Virus record (IMG/VR): IMGVR_UViG_2595698357_000001
Location: 64,001 to 128,000 of that record
From: a virus
Lineage: Duplodnaviria; Caudoviricetes
Direction: 5' to 3' (one strand)
DNA: 64,000 bases
A model generated the notes under the pieces. That model was not told the DNA's origin. It did no database searches and saw only the letters and a list, made by a program, of their open reading frames with translations. Numbering within the stretch: position 1 is the stretch's first letter; each line of letters opens with the position of its first letter. Positions 46,145 through 55,452 of this stretch are shown one piece after another. The position numbers were made by a program, and so were the translations under genes.

Positions 46145-46521
46145 TTCACGCGCTTCAGGTAGATGGTCTCTGTGACTGGATCTGGTATGTTGGTCACATA
46201 GAATACGATCGTTATCTGAAGCGTGTGATAGTCCTCTGACAACGAGACTGCCACACTGTCTATCTCAGCCCTCGACTCATACTGAGTGATGGCATCCTCC
46301 ACCTTGTTCTTGACATCAACCTGGATGGTCGGGTTCGTGTTCTCACCCAACATGCGGTAGACGCCAGCCCCCATCTCAGGCAGGGTTTCCCATTCATCCA
46401 GCGATGTCATGACAATGTTCCTAACAGACTGCTGAACAGCACGGACGCCGACCTTCTTGGTGACGTCCCCGGTTACTGGATGCCGCGTGAACGACATGTC
46501 AATATCGACATACTCTTTCAT
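46141..46521 (-). CDS. 25: baseplate wedge subunit gp25
   Basis: YVDIDMSF..HPVTGD...AVQQSVRNIV.T...E...P..G. Confidence 0.9.
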   Translation of the reverse strand: MKEYVDIDMSFTRHPVTGDVTKKVGVRAVQQSVRNIVMTSLDEWETLPEMGAGVYRMLGENTNPTIQVDVKNKVEDAITQYESRAEIDSVAVSLSEDYHTLQITIVFYVTNIPDPVTETIYLKRVN

Positions 46522-48341
46522 TACATGTCCTCCCAAGAAGACCCATCTGAGAATTTGAACACAGGCTTCTGGCCTGCAACTTTCAGCACCACCACCCCAA
46601 TCACGGTAGACGCGTCTGGAAGCGTGTTGTATGTAGGTATGCTACTCATCTGTGCGTTCGCCGTGCTCTGTGCCGGAGAGGACGTATCTGCGGCCATCTT
46701 GGACTGTACCGCGCCGCTGGATGCACCGTTACCCTCGATCGGCTTGTCAAAGTTGCCTCCGGTGTCCTGGAGCTGAGCATTGATTGTGATATCACCTGGG
46801 CCAGATGGTGAAGCCGGGGTTGCGCCGCCTTTCGAGTTGGCAGTACCAGCCATGTCAGCATAGATGATGTTGCCGTTGATCTTCTCCTGCACCGTCAACT
46901 TCTGCGCAATAACCTCACCGACTAACAACTTCGACAGCTTTAGAGTCCCTGACATCTCGATGTTCTGAGCCATGAAACGCAATATCCCGCCAACATGGTA
47001 CTCGATCAGCCCGGCGAATTTGTACAAAGATGGCCCATTGACGACGTTACTGTACTGGTCTTGGTACAGGTGATAGGACGCCCCGGCTTTACGCTGCACC
47101 TCAGTACCACCCACGGTCAGGTTGTGGTCTTTCCCAACCATGTACCGCTTGTCGAACATCGTGATATCGAAGTCGTTGCGTACTGTCTTGCGCACCACAT
47201 CCCCGGTTGACAACATTTGTTTGTATGACCCACTGCGGTGGAGCCAGTGGAGGCGCTCACCATCAGGGGTGTCATCCACTTCAATGACGTGACCTGAGCG
47301 GCTTGCGAACACGTTGTTGTACGGGTACTGGGAGCCACCTGACGTAGGGACAGTGTCAGCACCGAATGTCTCTTGATCCTGTACTCGGCCTGATGGTGGT
47401 GGAGTCGGGACGGTCTTCGGTGTGCGGTCAGGGATAGGCTCAGACCATTTGCCGTTCTGCGACTTCGGCTCATTGGACACCAAGGTGTCGCCTGCAGGCC
47501 AACGATAGCCCAGGACAGATGAGCGCGGGAAACGAGATACCTTCACCTGGTCGCTCTGGTTGCCACCCAGGCAATACAGATACTGAGAGTCAAACTTCTG
47601 GACGAATGTCACGTGGCCGAACGTTGGGTTGTTACCCCGGCGGAACACGACGATAGCGCCATAACGAGGCTCTGACAGGGCTACACCCCAGCTCATGTAG
47701 GAGCGCGCCAAGGCACTTTTGGTAGATGTGTATCCAGCCTTGAGCAGGCACCAGCCAACGAACGAGGCACACCATGAAACCTCATCCTCAGATGCCCCAA
47801 GGGATGTGGTCTTGTGGTACTCGATGATGCGTGGGTTGTTGTTGAACTTACCGCTGTATTCCTTGACGCCGATCTCACCACGTGCGATGCTCATCCACTT
47901 TTCTGGATCTATGCTGCTCGGTGGAGTCGGGGGTGTAGGCTCATCCGTTTCTTCTTTCACTGGAACGTCGGTCACGGCATTATATGCTTGACGATCGATC
48001 GCCTGCACCACCTGCCCCAGAGCCAATGGGTTAGTGTCGGCACCGTTGGTTGGGTTGCTTCCTGACCAAACCCAGGCCACCCGGATCTCTTGGTAGGCGT
48101 CGTCCGTTGCGAACCCGGCCACGTGAGAGCCCACAGTCAACCCAGTCGGAGACCAACCTAGACCGACCGAGGAGGCATTTGTAGGTGGCATAAGTATCTT
48201 GGCCCAAGGCAGCATATCCGTAGGCAGGAGAGACGTGTCAGTAGTGTGTACACCAAATATGCGCACAGCGACTCGGCCGTTCTGATCCGGATCATTGACG
48301 TCCTCAACAACGCCTTGCCACCAGTGTTTGATATCGAGCAT
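46521..48341 (-). CDS. 5: baseplate central spike gp5 with NlpC/P60(CHAP)-type peptidoglycan hydrolase domain
   Basis: OB-fold GVVEDVNDP..NGRV.VR; WCASFV...GHV; YPYN...SGHVIEVDDTP..ER. Confidence 0.9.
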   Translation of the reverse strand: MLDIKHWWQGVVEDVNDPDQNGRVAVRIFGVHTTDTSLLPTDMLPWAKILMPPTNASSVGLGWSPTGLTVGSHVAGFATDDAYQEIRVAWVWSGSNPTNGADTNPLALGQVVQAIDRQAYNAVTDVPVKEETDEPTPPTPPSSIDPEKWMSIARGEIGVKEYSGKFNNNPRIIEYHKTTSLGASEDEVSWCASFVGWCLLKAGYTSTKSALARSYMSWGVALSEPRYGAIVVFRRGNNPTFGHVTFVQKFDSQYLYCLGGNQSDQVKVSRFPRSSVLGYRWPAGDTLVSNEPKSQNGKWSEPIPDRTPKTVPTPPPSGRVQDQETFGADTVPTSGGSQYPYNNVFASRSGHVIEVDDTPDGERLHWLHRSGSYKQMLSTGDVVRKTVRNDFDITMFDKRYMVGKDHNLTVGGTEVQRKAGASYHLYQDQYSNVVNGPSLYKFAGLIEYHVGGILRFMAQNIEMSGTLKLSKLLVGEVIAQKLTVQEKINGNIIYADMAGTANSKGGATPASPSGPGDITINAQLQDTGGNFDKPIEGNGASSGAVQSKMAADTSSPAQSTANAQMSSIPTYNTLPDASTVIGVVVLKVAGQKPVFKFSDGSSWEDM

Positions 48342-48391
48342 GGGATCACCCTGAATATGGTTGTTGCTATCAGGGTATTTATGGCGAGTTC

Positions 48392-48468
48392 CTCGCGCGC
48401 GGTATTAATTCGATTTTGAATTAAACTTGAATTAATATCAATCACTCGCTACGCTCGGATAAGGTCAA
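48392..48468 (-). repeat. origin-like element copy 2 (inverted relative to 6333-6413)
   Basis: Reverse complement reads TTGACCTTATCCGAGCGTAGCGAGTGATTGATATTAAT-AT tract-CGCGCGAG. Confidence 0.8.
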
Positions 48469-48653
48469 AACAACTATCGCGTTCTCGCAAAGCTCGAACT
48501 TGATAAGACGGCAGAAAAACCATACCGTCTGGGATGCTCCATGAAAAATGGTTTTTATTCAACAATTTCCTTCAAAATCGAGTTCCCCAACAAATTATCG
48601 GTGTTGAGCCACATATACGAATTTTAGGTGAGCAGGTTTAGATTGACCTGTAA

Positions 48654-48682
48654 AACAAATAAGGCCGCAAAGCGACCTTATT
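48654..48682 (-). terminator. intrinsic terminator (minus strand)
   Basis: ATAAGGTCGC-TTT-GCGGCCTTAT-TTGTTT. Confidence 0.7.
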
Positions 48683-48854
48683 GGGGGTGTGGGTTATTAG
48701 ACTGAGATGCTATTCTCCGTTTCAGCATCTCCGTCATCAGGTCAAGGTGCCAAGGCATCATATCACTGATCTCAAACATACTATAGCCGTGACGCTTCAG
48801 TGTGTCACACATTTCAAAATAGGATATTAAATCAACTTCAAAGATCAGATGAAA
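48678..48854 (-). CDS. gp51-like / tail-chaperone GT-like peptide in the -1 frame of gp26
   Basis: Open frame FHLIFEVDLISYFEMCDTLKRHGYSMFEISDMMPWHLDLMTEML...; YS..EI..MMPW motif. Confidence 0.7.
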   Translation of the reverse strand, partial: FHLIFEVDLISYFEMCDTLKRHGYSMFEISDMMPWHLDLMTEMLKRRIASQSNNPHPQ

Positions 48855-49606
48855 ACCTGGTTGATGGAATTGATCTCGATCTTATGTTCGAACCCACATT
48901 TAGGACAACGGATGCTGTTGGTGTAAGCGATATGCATCTGCTTGGAGAAGAAGTCCGTGGCGATTTTGGTCAACACGTCAGCCTCCAGGTTGTCAGCACA
49001 CCACTGTACGAACTCCTCAAACGTCTGCTTGCGCTTCTCAGCAACTTCAGCAGAAATGCCTGGAGCATATGGATCTTCGATAGGCCACACGTCCTCGTCA
49101 CGGTACAGGCACTCAGTGAAGGAGGCGATCTGGCGCTGCAGGTTAGCCCCTGACAACTTCATCAGGTCACTGTATGCAGGCGCGCGCAGTTTGATGAAGT
49201 AACCACCGGCCAGCTCGAAGGTGTCCTTGTAGCCCTCAGGGATCGCGATGCCGACTTTGTTGAGGTCAATGTTGAGAACCACTTCCTGACCGCATTCTTC
49301 TTTGTCAACAACGTTGCTGCATTTATAACGAACGGGCATGATCTCGCCGATGGAGATAGACCGCATCAGAAGGAACACCTTCTCAACGATGGCGGACGGC
49401 AGGCGCTCAAATGGAACCCCGGCGTCAACACACTGGTTGAAGATGTCGCCCATGGTCTGGATGCGATCCTCGATAGGGGTGTCTTGGTCAGCTACGGCGA
49501 GGAATAAAGATTGTTGGCCTGCCGTGAAAGCACGATATTTGATCTTGTGAGGCCAGACCTCAGTCGTCCATTCACGGTGGGTTTTAGGTAACGATGGAAA
49601 ATTCAT
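48845..49606 (-). CDS. 26: baseplate hub assembly chaperone gp26
   Basis: IKYRAFT, FLLMRSISIGE, C...C and CPKC; TATAAATA at 49635-49642 and GGAG RBS. Confidence 0.85.
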   Translation of the reverse strand: MNFPSLPKTHREWTTEVWPHKIKYRAFTAGQQSLFLAVADQDTPIEDRIQTMGDIFNQCVDAGVPFERLPSAIVEKVFLLMRSISIGEIMPVRYKCSNVVDKEECGQEVVLNIDLNKVGIAIPEGYKDTFELAGGYFIKLRAPAYSDLMKLSGANLQRQIASFTECLYRDEDVWPIEDPYAPGISAEVAEKRKQTFEEFVQWCADNLEADVLTKIATDFFSKQMHIAYTNSIRCPKCGFEHKIEINSINQVFI

Positions 49607-49657
49607 AGCAGTGCTCCGTAGTATACTGTAATGATATTTATACAAGGGTAATCACCG

Positions 49658-50212
49658 ATGAAACAAGAAACGGAATACCATGGGTTTTGCTTCAGCCAAC
49701 CAGGACAGGAGCTGAAGGTAAACAAGTTGGTCGAAGACGACTTCGCGTTGTTCCTTGAGCACTATGCTAACAATGCCAGCATGACGACCATCCTCATTGA
49801 CCTGGAGAGCCGGGTGGCAATGCGTTATGGTGTTCAGCAACTGGTTCAATCAGGATTCAACGTCGTGGTCATGGACGTCGATTATAGCCCGGCCATCCAT
49901 GATGCGCAACTCGGGATTAAGATGTTGCCGCTGGACGTTGCCCGGTCTTGGCCTCAGTTCATGAGGATGCACCCGCGCGCCATCGTTACATCTGGGGCGT
50001 TCATTGAGCACTTTGTCCAAACACGCAAGTTAAGTATGCTAAAGGCACACTTTATCCCCGGCTCTGTAGACCGTGACGTCAAGATCCAAGGTCGCAGTGG
50101 CTGGCATACCACATCGTCATCAGTCAATATGAAGGATGGCAAAGAAGTCGTCAACAACCGAGTTTACCGTTACACGGCAGACCGTGATTATGAACTAACG
50201 AGGAAGAAATAG
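49658..50212 (+). CDS. hypothetical protein
   Basis: 184 aa ORF divergent from gene 26. Confidence 0.7.
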   Translation: MKQETEYHGFCFSQPGQELKVNKLVEDDFALFLEHYANNASMTTILIDLESRVAMRYGVQQLVQSGFNVVVMDVDYSPAIHDAQLGIKMLPLDVARSWPQFMRMHPRAIVTSGAFIEHFVQTRKLSMLKAHFIPGSVDRDVKIQGRSGWHTTSSSVNMKDGKEVVNNRVYRYTADRDYELTRKK

Positions 50213-50701
50213 ATGTCAAACGAAGATCAAGAGAACATTTCCGCTGAAGAACTGGTGAAGGACTTCCAGGCTCGCATCATTGACCTGTTGAAGTACACGG
50301 TGTCCGACGAAAATAAGCGGGTGCTGCCAGAGTTTGAGAAGTTCTTTGTCGGCGTGTCCAAAGATGCAGCCGGGATTGAATACATTCAAACCCTGGCCGG
50401 GATGCTCACCTTCGCTGAGGGCGGTGTCCAGTACTCCCCATGCCTTTCTGCTGATTCCGTACAGCTGGCAATTGAAGTTTCAAATATCACCCGTTTTTCA
50501 CTCCAGTGTGGTGTGATCATCACTGTCGTCGGCGCGCACTTCGTGTCCCTGACGGGCAAGTTCTGGGTTGGCCCAGAGGCTTACCAGGCTAAGATCAGCG
50601 AGGACGATATCGCCACTCTGAAGCGCCTGAAAGAGCGCAAGGAACAGAGTGCCAAACCAAGCATCATCCTGCCTAACGACGGCAAGATCGCCCTGAGTTA
50701 A
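50213..50701 (+). CDS. hypothetical protein
   Basis: GAGG RBS; C-terminal SIILP motif. Confidence 0.7.
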   Translation: MSNEDQENISAEELVKDFQARIIDLLKYTVSDENKRVLPEFEKFFVGVSKDAAGIEYIQTLAGMLTFAEGGVQYSPCLSADSVQLAIEVSNITRFSLQCGVIITVVGAHFVSLTGKFWVGPEAYQAKISEDDIATLKRLKERKEQSAKPSIILPNDGKIALS

Positions 50702-50746
50702 CCCACCCATAAATACCCGTAACTCCACCACGTTACGGGTATTTCT

Positions 50747-51541
50747 ATGAAATTCTGCGGTATTGACTACTCATATGGCTGTCCTGCCCTTTGCTTCTGG
50801 GATGACACCACTGAATTGAAATTCGAAAACCTTCGTTTCTATGCATACTACACTGTGGTCAAATATTGCCGTCAGATACGGAATAATATCCTGATCCTGA
50901 AGCAGCCTGACTATGCGAACAATGAAGAGCGTTTCGCCAACATCGCCAAGTGGGCTGAGGCCGTTATTCTCACAGAGAAGCCGGACTTTATCGCACTTGA
51001 GGGGTATGCCATGGGCAACTCCAAAAACTCCAACAACATCTGCCAGACTGCCGAGAACACGGCACTCCTCAAGCAGGCTCTGCGCCGTAACGGGTACGAC
51101 TTCGAAATCATCACTCCGTCCTATGTGAAGAAGAACTTTACCGGGGTGGGCAATGCTCTTAAACCCGTGATGATCCACACGTTTGAGACGGTATTCAACG
51201 TTAACATGCGGGCTATAATGGACAACCTTGATGCCAAAGACCCTAAGCCAATCGATGACCTGATTGACGGCTTTGCGAACATGGTCGGCGGTGAGGCGTT
51301 CAAACAACATCATCCGGAGTTCAAATCAATGAAATCTTTGTTTATCGAAAAGGTGGCCAAGTACATGGCTGCAGGCCAGTCCCAGGAAGACATCTTCGAA
51401 CTGCTGAAGGAAGAATACAGCGCCAAGGGCAGTGTGGTGACCATGGGCAACGTGCAGTCCGCCATCAACTGTGTGAACAACGGCTGGTATCTCGGCACCC
51501 CGGCTGAGAAGGAGACCCAAGATGATCCTGCTAGCAATTAA
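50747..51541 (+). CDS. RuvC-like Holliday junction resolvase
   Basis: GIDYS, IALEGYAM, VKK.FTG.GNA.K, IDDLID. Confidence 0.88.
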   Translation: MKFCGIDYSYGCPALCFWDDTTELKFENLRFYAYYTVVKYCRQIRNNILILKQPDYANNEERFANIAKWAEAVILTEKPDFIALEGYAMGNSKNSNNICQTAENTALLKQALRRNGYDFEIITPSYVKKNFTGVGNALKPVMIHTFETVFNVNMRAIMDNLDAKDPKPIDDLIDGFANMVGGEAFKQHHPEFKSMKSLFIEKVAKYMAAGQSQEDIFELLKEEYSAKGSVVTMGNVQSAINCVNNGWYLGTPAEKETQDDPASN

Positions 51542-51812
51542 CGTCCTCACAATCGTGCTGTTGACCGTGGCCGGTCTCAGCTTCTGGGCGGCGGTGTGCA
51601 ACTTCGTACGTTCCCAGTTCATGATGCTTTCGTTCTACACCCTGACCAATTCGGTGGACAACGAACGTGCTGCTATGCAGGCTGAAGGTCTGCGTCAGTT
51701 CGGCCGTCACGCATCCATTTCATTTGCCCGCGCCGCTTGGTCGTTGATCGCGGTTGGGGTTATAATTCTTGTACGTTACATAGCTGGAGTGGTGTTAAAT
51801 GCCTACTTATGA
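51522..51812 (+). CDS. two-TM membrane protein
   Basis: Two hydrophobic segments; AAGGAG RBS. Confidence 0.7.
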   Translation: MILLAINVLTIVLLTVAGLSFWAAVCNFVRSQFMMLSFYTLTNSVDNERAAMQAEGLRQFGRHASISFARAAWSLIAVGVIILVRYIAGVVLNAYL

Positions 51813-52044
51813 TTATGCGTGCAAGGGCTGCGAACATACGTTCCAGGCGCGTAAACCCTGTGCTGAACGGCACGAACCGACTATCTCGCCTTGTCCTGAA
51901 TGCGGCGGTGAGATCTATATTCATGTTGGCAGTCCTATGATTGTCAGCGGCGTCAAATCACCCCACTCAGCACCGTCTGGTTTCAAAGACGTCCTGCGTG
52001 AGATCAAGAAGGGGAGCGGGCGTGGGAGTACAATCGATGTCTAA
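51799..52044 (+). CDS. FmdB-family zinc-ribbon protein
   Basis: MPTYDYACKGC...CPECGG. Confidence 0.85.
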   Translation: MPTYDYACKGCEHTFQARKPCAERHEPTISPCPECGGEIYIHVGSPMIVSGVKSPHSAPSGFKDVLREIKKGSGRGSTIDV

Positions 52045-52273
52045 CCCACAGAAGCTCATCACCCCTGAGTCCTTCTCCGAAGCCGTCATGGTGCGCGCGA
52101 TGGATAAGAAGGAGAGTCTCCTGGAAAGCATGGCCCATGTTGTTGAAGAGCTAGACATCGATGAGGCCAGCATCAAGAAAATGGTGACCGCGCCACTGTA
52201 TTCCCGCCTGGAAGCCGAATGCAATGACAGCCGTCTGTTGAAAGATAAACCACGATCAAAGAAATTGATCTGA
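52037..52273 (+). CDS. 33: late transcription co-activator gp33
   Basis: FS..V......S.LE...HVVEELDID....KM....L..RLEAE; synteny before gene 32. Confidence 0.8.
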   Translation: MSNPQKLITPESFSEAVMVRAMDKKESLLESMAHVVEELDIDEASIKKMVTAPLYSRLEAECNDSRLLKDKPRSKKLI

Positions 52274-52284
52274 GAGCGTTATAG

Positions 52285-52521
52285 ATGAAAGATATTATCC
52301 AATTGTTACGCCAGATGGATCATTTCCCGCGCCCAATCCGTGATATGACCGCGCCCGGTTATAAAGACCAGGCTGGCAACTCTGTTATCTATCGTGTGCC
52401 TCTGCCGGATGGTCGTGTATATTCGGTACAGGCTGAGATCCATGTAGGTGCGCATGAAACTGAAACTCGCATTTACGATGTAATTGAGATTGACCCAAAA
52501 GAATTATTAATTCGGGGTTAA
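52285..52521 (+). CDS. hypothetical protein
   Basis: 78 aa ORF. Confidence 0.65.
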   Translation: MKDIIQLLRQMDHFPRPIRDMTAPGYKDQAGNSVIYRVPLPDGRVYSVQAEIHVGAHETETRIYDVIEIDPKELLIRG

Positions 52522-52629
52522 TCTTAATAAAAAAGCGGGTATAAATATATCCGCTGTAATAAAATAAACTGTTAATAGCCGATGTCGGCGGAAATATATC
52601 AACATAGCCTTATGGCGGAGATAAATAAG

Positions 52630-53682
52630 ATGGCCTCATTATTTGATCGTTTAAAGAATTCCCGTGGTACCAACGCAACCGCAATGCAATCTCGCCTGGA
52701 ACAACAAGGCCAGGGCGGCTACCAGCGCGATGCTCGCATCTGGAAGTGGACCTGGAACAAGGATCATGTTTCTGAAAACATTATCCGTCTGCTGCCAATC
52801 CCAATGGTCGACCTGAAACGTCAGGAAGAAGGTGAGATCCCGGCGGACTTCGTGTTGACTCCAGTTGCGCTGGTGCTGACTCACTCCTTCCAGGGTAAAG
52901 GCGGCTGGTACATCAACAACAGCCTGCAAACCTTCGGCGAAGACTGCCCGGTTCGTGACCATGACCGCCCAATCTGGGCTCAGTTGAAAGAGCGCCCGGA
53001 CGAGTCACTGAAGAACAAGATGAAGGATCGTCTGCCAAACAGCGATTATTACGTCAACATCCTGGTGATCAAAGACGGTACTGATCCGTCCAACAACGGT
53101 CAGGTTCGTCTGCTGAAGTACGGCAATGCGCTGAAGAAGTTCATCGACACAGCCCAGAACCCGAAATTCAGCACCGACATCAAGTTTGACCCGTTTGATG
53201 CCTGGGAAGGCGCGGACATCCTGCTGAACCTGTCTTCTGAAGAGAAGACGTTCGGTGGCCGCACTGTGCGCTGTCCGAAGTGGGAAAACGTGAAGTGGGA
53301 TAAACCGGCTCCACTGGGCTCTGATGAGTACATCCAGGAGATCTGGGAGAAAGAGCATAGCATCTATGAGTTCTACGATCGCAAGAACTACAAGACCTAT
53401 GCCGAGCTGGAAGCCCAACTGCGTAAGGTGCTGGTGATCCCTGCGGACATGCCTTTGGTTGAAAACGGCGCTGGTACTATGGCACACGCCCCGACTGAAG
53501 CCAAAGATCAGCAGAAATACCAACAGCAGGCAGTTCAGCAAGCCGCGGACAAACCTGTTGATCAGGCTCAGTCAAGTGCCGGTGCTGGCGCGGGTGGTGC
53601 ACAACAGGCAAGCCCAACTGGTTCAGGCTCTGGCTCTGCCGGGGTTGACGACTTCGAAGCTTACCTGCGTCAAGCTGAGTAA
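52630..53682 (+). CDS. 32: single-stranded DNA-binding protein gp32
   Basis: DARIWK, IIRLLP, HSFQGKGGWYI.N...T.GE.CPV, YYVNILVIKD, acidic tail. Confidence 0.92.
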   Translation: MASLFDRLKNSRGTNATAMQSRLEQQGQGGYQRDARIWKWTWNKDHVSENIIRLLPIPMVDLKRQEEGEIPADFVLTPVALVLTHSFQGKGGWYINNSLQTFGEDCPVRDHDRPIWAQLKERPDESLKNKMKDRLPNSDYYVNILVIKDGTDPSNNGQVRLLKYGNALKKFIDTAQNPKFSTDIKFDPFDAWEGADILLNLSSEEKTFGGRTVRCPKWENVKWDKPAPLGSDEYIQEIWEKEHSIYEFYDRKNYKTYAELEAQLRKVLVIPADMPLVENGAGTMAHAPTEAKDQQKYQQQAVQQAADKPVDQAQSSAGAGAGGAQQASPTGSGSGSAGVDDFEAYLRQAE

Positions 53683-53687
53683 ATGAC

Positions 53688-53714
53688 AAAGCCCTCTCCG
53701 GAGGGCTTTATTTT
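53688..53714. terminator. bidirectional terminator
   Basis: AAAGCCCTC-TCCG-GAGGGCTTT between convergent genes. Confidence 0.8.
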
Positions 53715-54655
53715 GTTACCCCTTTCAACAGGCTGAGCAGGTTAGTCTTCTCAACTGCCGTCAGGTTGTCATTACCGAGTATGTCCCGCTGAACCCCAAC
53801 AGAGATTCTCTCAAAGTCAGACAGACTGATACCGGCCGAATTCTTGATGAGTTGGTCAAGCTGGCGATAGACCAATAACGCCTCACCAGTGAAATTCCCC
53901 TGCTGGATCTTCTTGTAGAGCTGCCCGGCCTTACTGGCTGCGGTCTCCCAGTCACCTGCTGCGATGGCGTCAGCAATCCCAAGAGGGAGGAAATCTTCAC
54001 TCAGTGAACGCTGCTGGTACTCGGTTTCTGTAAGCAGTTTGTTGTAGGAGAAAGACACGCTATACTGGTTGTACTGGTCGGTCGCGCCCTTGTCCATCTC
54101 GATACTGTTGAAGTTGATCGGAACACATTCCAGCAGGTACATCCTGTGAACCGGGTTGTCCTCAGAGTCCAGAGCCTCAATGACGATGTCTACGGTATAA
54201 TCGTCATAGTAACCCATCTTGGATGTGTACGGATCTTGTATCAGCTTCTTCCAGGCGTCCAGGATCTGCTTTTCGAAGTAGTCGTTGGCCAACAGGAAGG
54301 TGAAGTCGATGTCAGTCTGGGTTCGGTTGTTGGGCATCTTGATGTGGTTGCCGTTGTTGTTCAACACCGTGGTGTCAAAGTTTAACCCTGGGAATGACGC
54401 AACAGACACCATGGCCTGTAGCGACTTGGACGACTCAGACGTACCGCCGAAGAATGAGTTGACGACCTTCACCCCGGTCTGGAAGATGCTAGACCAGTTG
54501 GATGATTGATATGCCTGGCCGTCGTTCTTGGCCGTGGCGTTGGCATTGAATATGCCTTCAGGCAACGGGATGGTGACACGGAATCTGTTCTTCCGTGAAA
54601 TTCCTCGCTGCACGATTTGAGTGATGAAATTGTGGAAGTCTTGCACGATAGCCAC
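53708..54655 (-). CDS. 54: baseplate tail-tube initiator (gp54-like)
   Basis: GISRKNRFRV, SFPG, YYDDY, L.EC.P; TATAAATA on the minus strand at 54680-54687. Confidence 0.75.
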   Translation of the reverse strand: MAIVQDFHNFITQIVQRGISRKNRFRVTIPLPEGIFNANATAKNDGQAYQSSNWSSIFQTGVKVVNSFFGGTSESSKSLQAMVSVASFPGLNFDTTVLNNNGNHIKMPNNRTQTDIDFTFLLANDYFEKQILDAWKKLIQDPYTSKMGYYDDYTVDIVIEALDSEDNPVHRMYLLECVPINFNSIEMDKGATDQYNQYSVSFSYNKLLTETEYQQRSLSEDFLPLGIADAIAAGDWETAASKAGQLYKKIQQGNFTGEALLVYRQLDQLIKNSAGISLSDFERISVGVQRDILGNDNLTAVEKTNLLSLLKGVTK

Positions 54656-54696
54656 CCGTTAAATAGAGTATATGTTGAATATTTATAGGTGTTCAA

Positions 54697-55395
54697 ATGG
54701 CAAAGAATCTAGCTGGTGAGGAAGATCCATTGCTCCTCGACAACGAGGTCAATGCACCTGAGTTGGTCAAGCGTTACATCATCAAGTATCGCCAGAACTT
54801 CGGTGCCGAAGCCAAGCGAAATATCCACCGCTCGCATGTGTGGTTTACTGACCGTATCAGTAAAGACGCCAACCTGACACCGAACCACATGATGCAGGCG
54901 TTCAAGGATCACAAGCGCCCGGCAAACAAAGACCGATATCTCATCGGTCGCATGTTCTATTTCAAATACGATGCCAAGACCAAGGATGAACTGCCATACT
55001 GGGATATGTACCCACTGGTGTTCTTCTTTAACGCTCGCATGGGAGACGGCATTGAGTTTGGGGATCGTGGGGTAACTTACCTTTGGGGGCTGAACCTCCA
55101 CTACCTGCCGCCGAAGCTGCGCCTGCTGGTGTTTGAGGACATCATCCGCCTGCGTAACGAGCGCGCCTATCGTGCCAAGACCCGGTTGCGTCTGACCTGG
55201 AAGGCCATCTCACGGTTTGCCAACCACCCGCTGTATCAGCATTGCGTCAAGCTGTACCGGGCTGACCACATGCGCACCCAGCTGTTTGAGATTGAGCCTC
55301 AGTGGTGGGAGATTGTCATCCCTATGCGCACCGCCCGCTTCCAGAAGCAGTCTCAGGCCAGCGTCTGGAAAGATGCCCGTCGTAAGAAAAAGTAA
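54697..55395 (+). CDS. 2: DNA end protector gp2
   Basis: GRMFYFKYDAKTKDELPYWDMYPL, GLNLHYLPP..R. Confidence 0.92.
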   Translation: MAKNLAGEEDPLLLDNEVNAPELVKRYIIKYRQNFGAEAKRNIHRSHVWFTDRISKDANLTPNHMMQAFKDHKRPANKDRYLIGRMFYFKYDAKTKDELPYWDMYPLVFFFNARMGDGIEFGDRGVTYLWGLNLHYLPPKLRLLVFEDIIRLRNERAYRAKTRLRLTWKAISRFANHPLYQHCVKLYRADHMRTQLFEIEPQWWEIVIPMRTARFQKQSQASVWKDARRKKK

Positions 55396-55452
55396 TCAAT
55401 AAATGGGTGAGGGTATAATGAAATCCTCACCCACTATTGTAAGGACAACAAG

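Noticed and set aside
48470-48660. tRNA or other known RNA gene in the long intergenic gaps
   Set aside because: No cloverleaf or T-loop GTTCGA in a tRNA context could be built by eye; an unknown ncRNA is not excluded
53500-53660. Low-complexity Gln/Ala/Gly/Ser tract
   Set aside because: Flexible linker before the acidic tail of gp32, typical of SSBs
13734-53709. Identical AGCCCTCTCCGGAGGGCTTTT at 13734 and 53690
   Set aside because: Explained as a reused intrinsic terminator; too short to imply a mobile element
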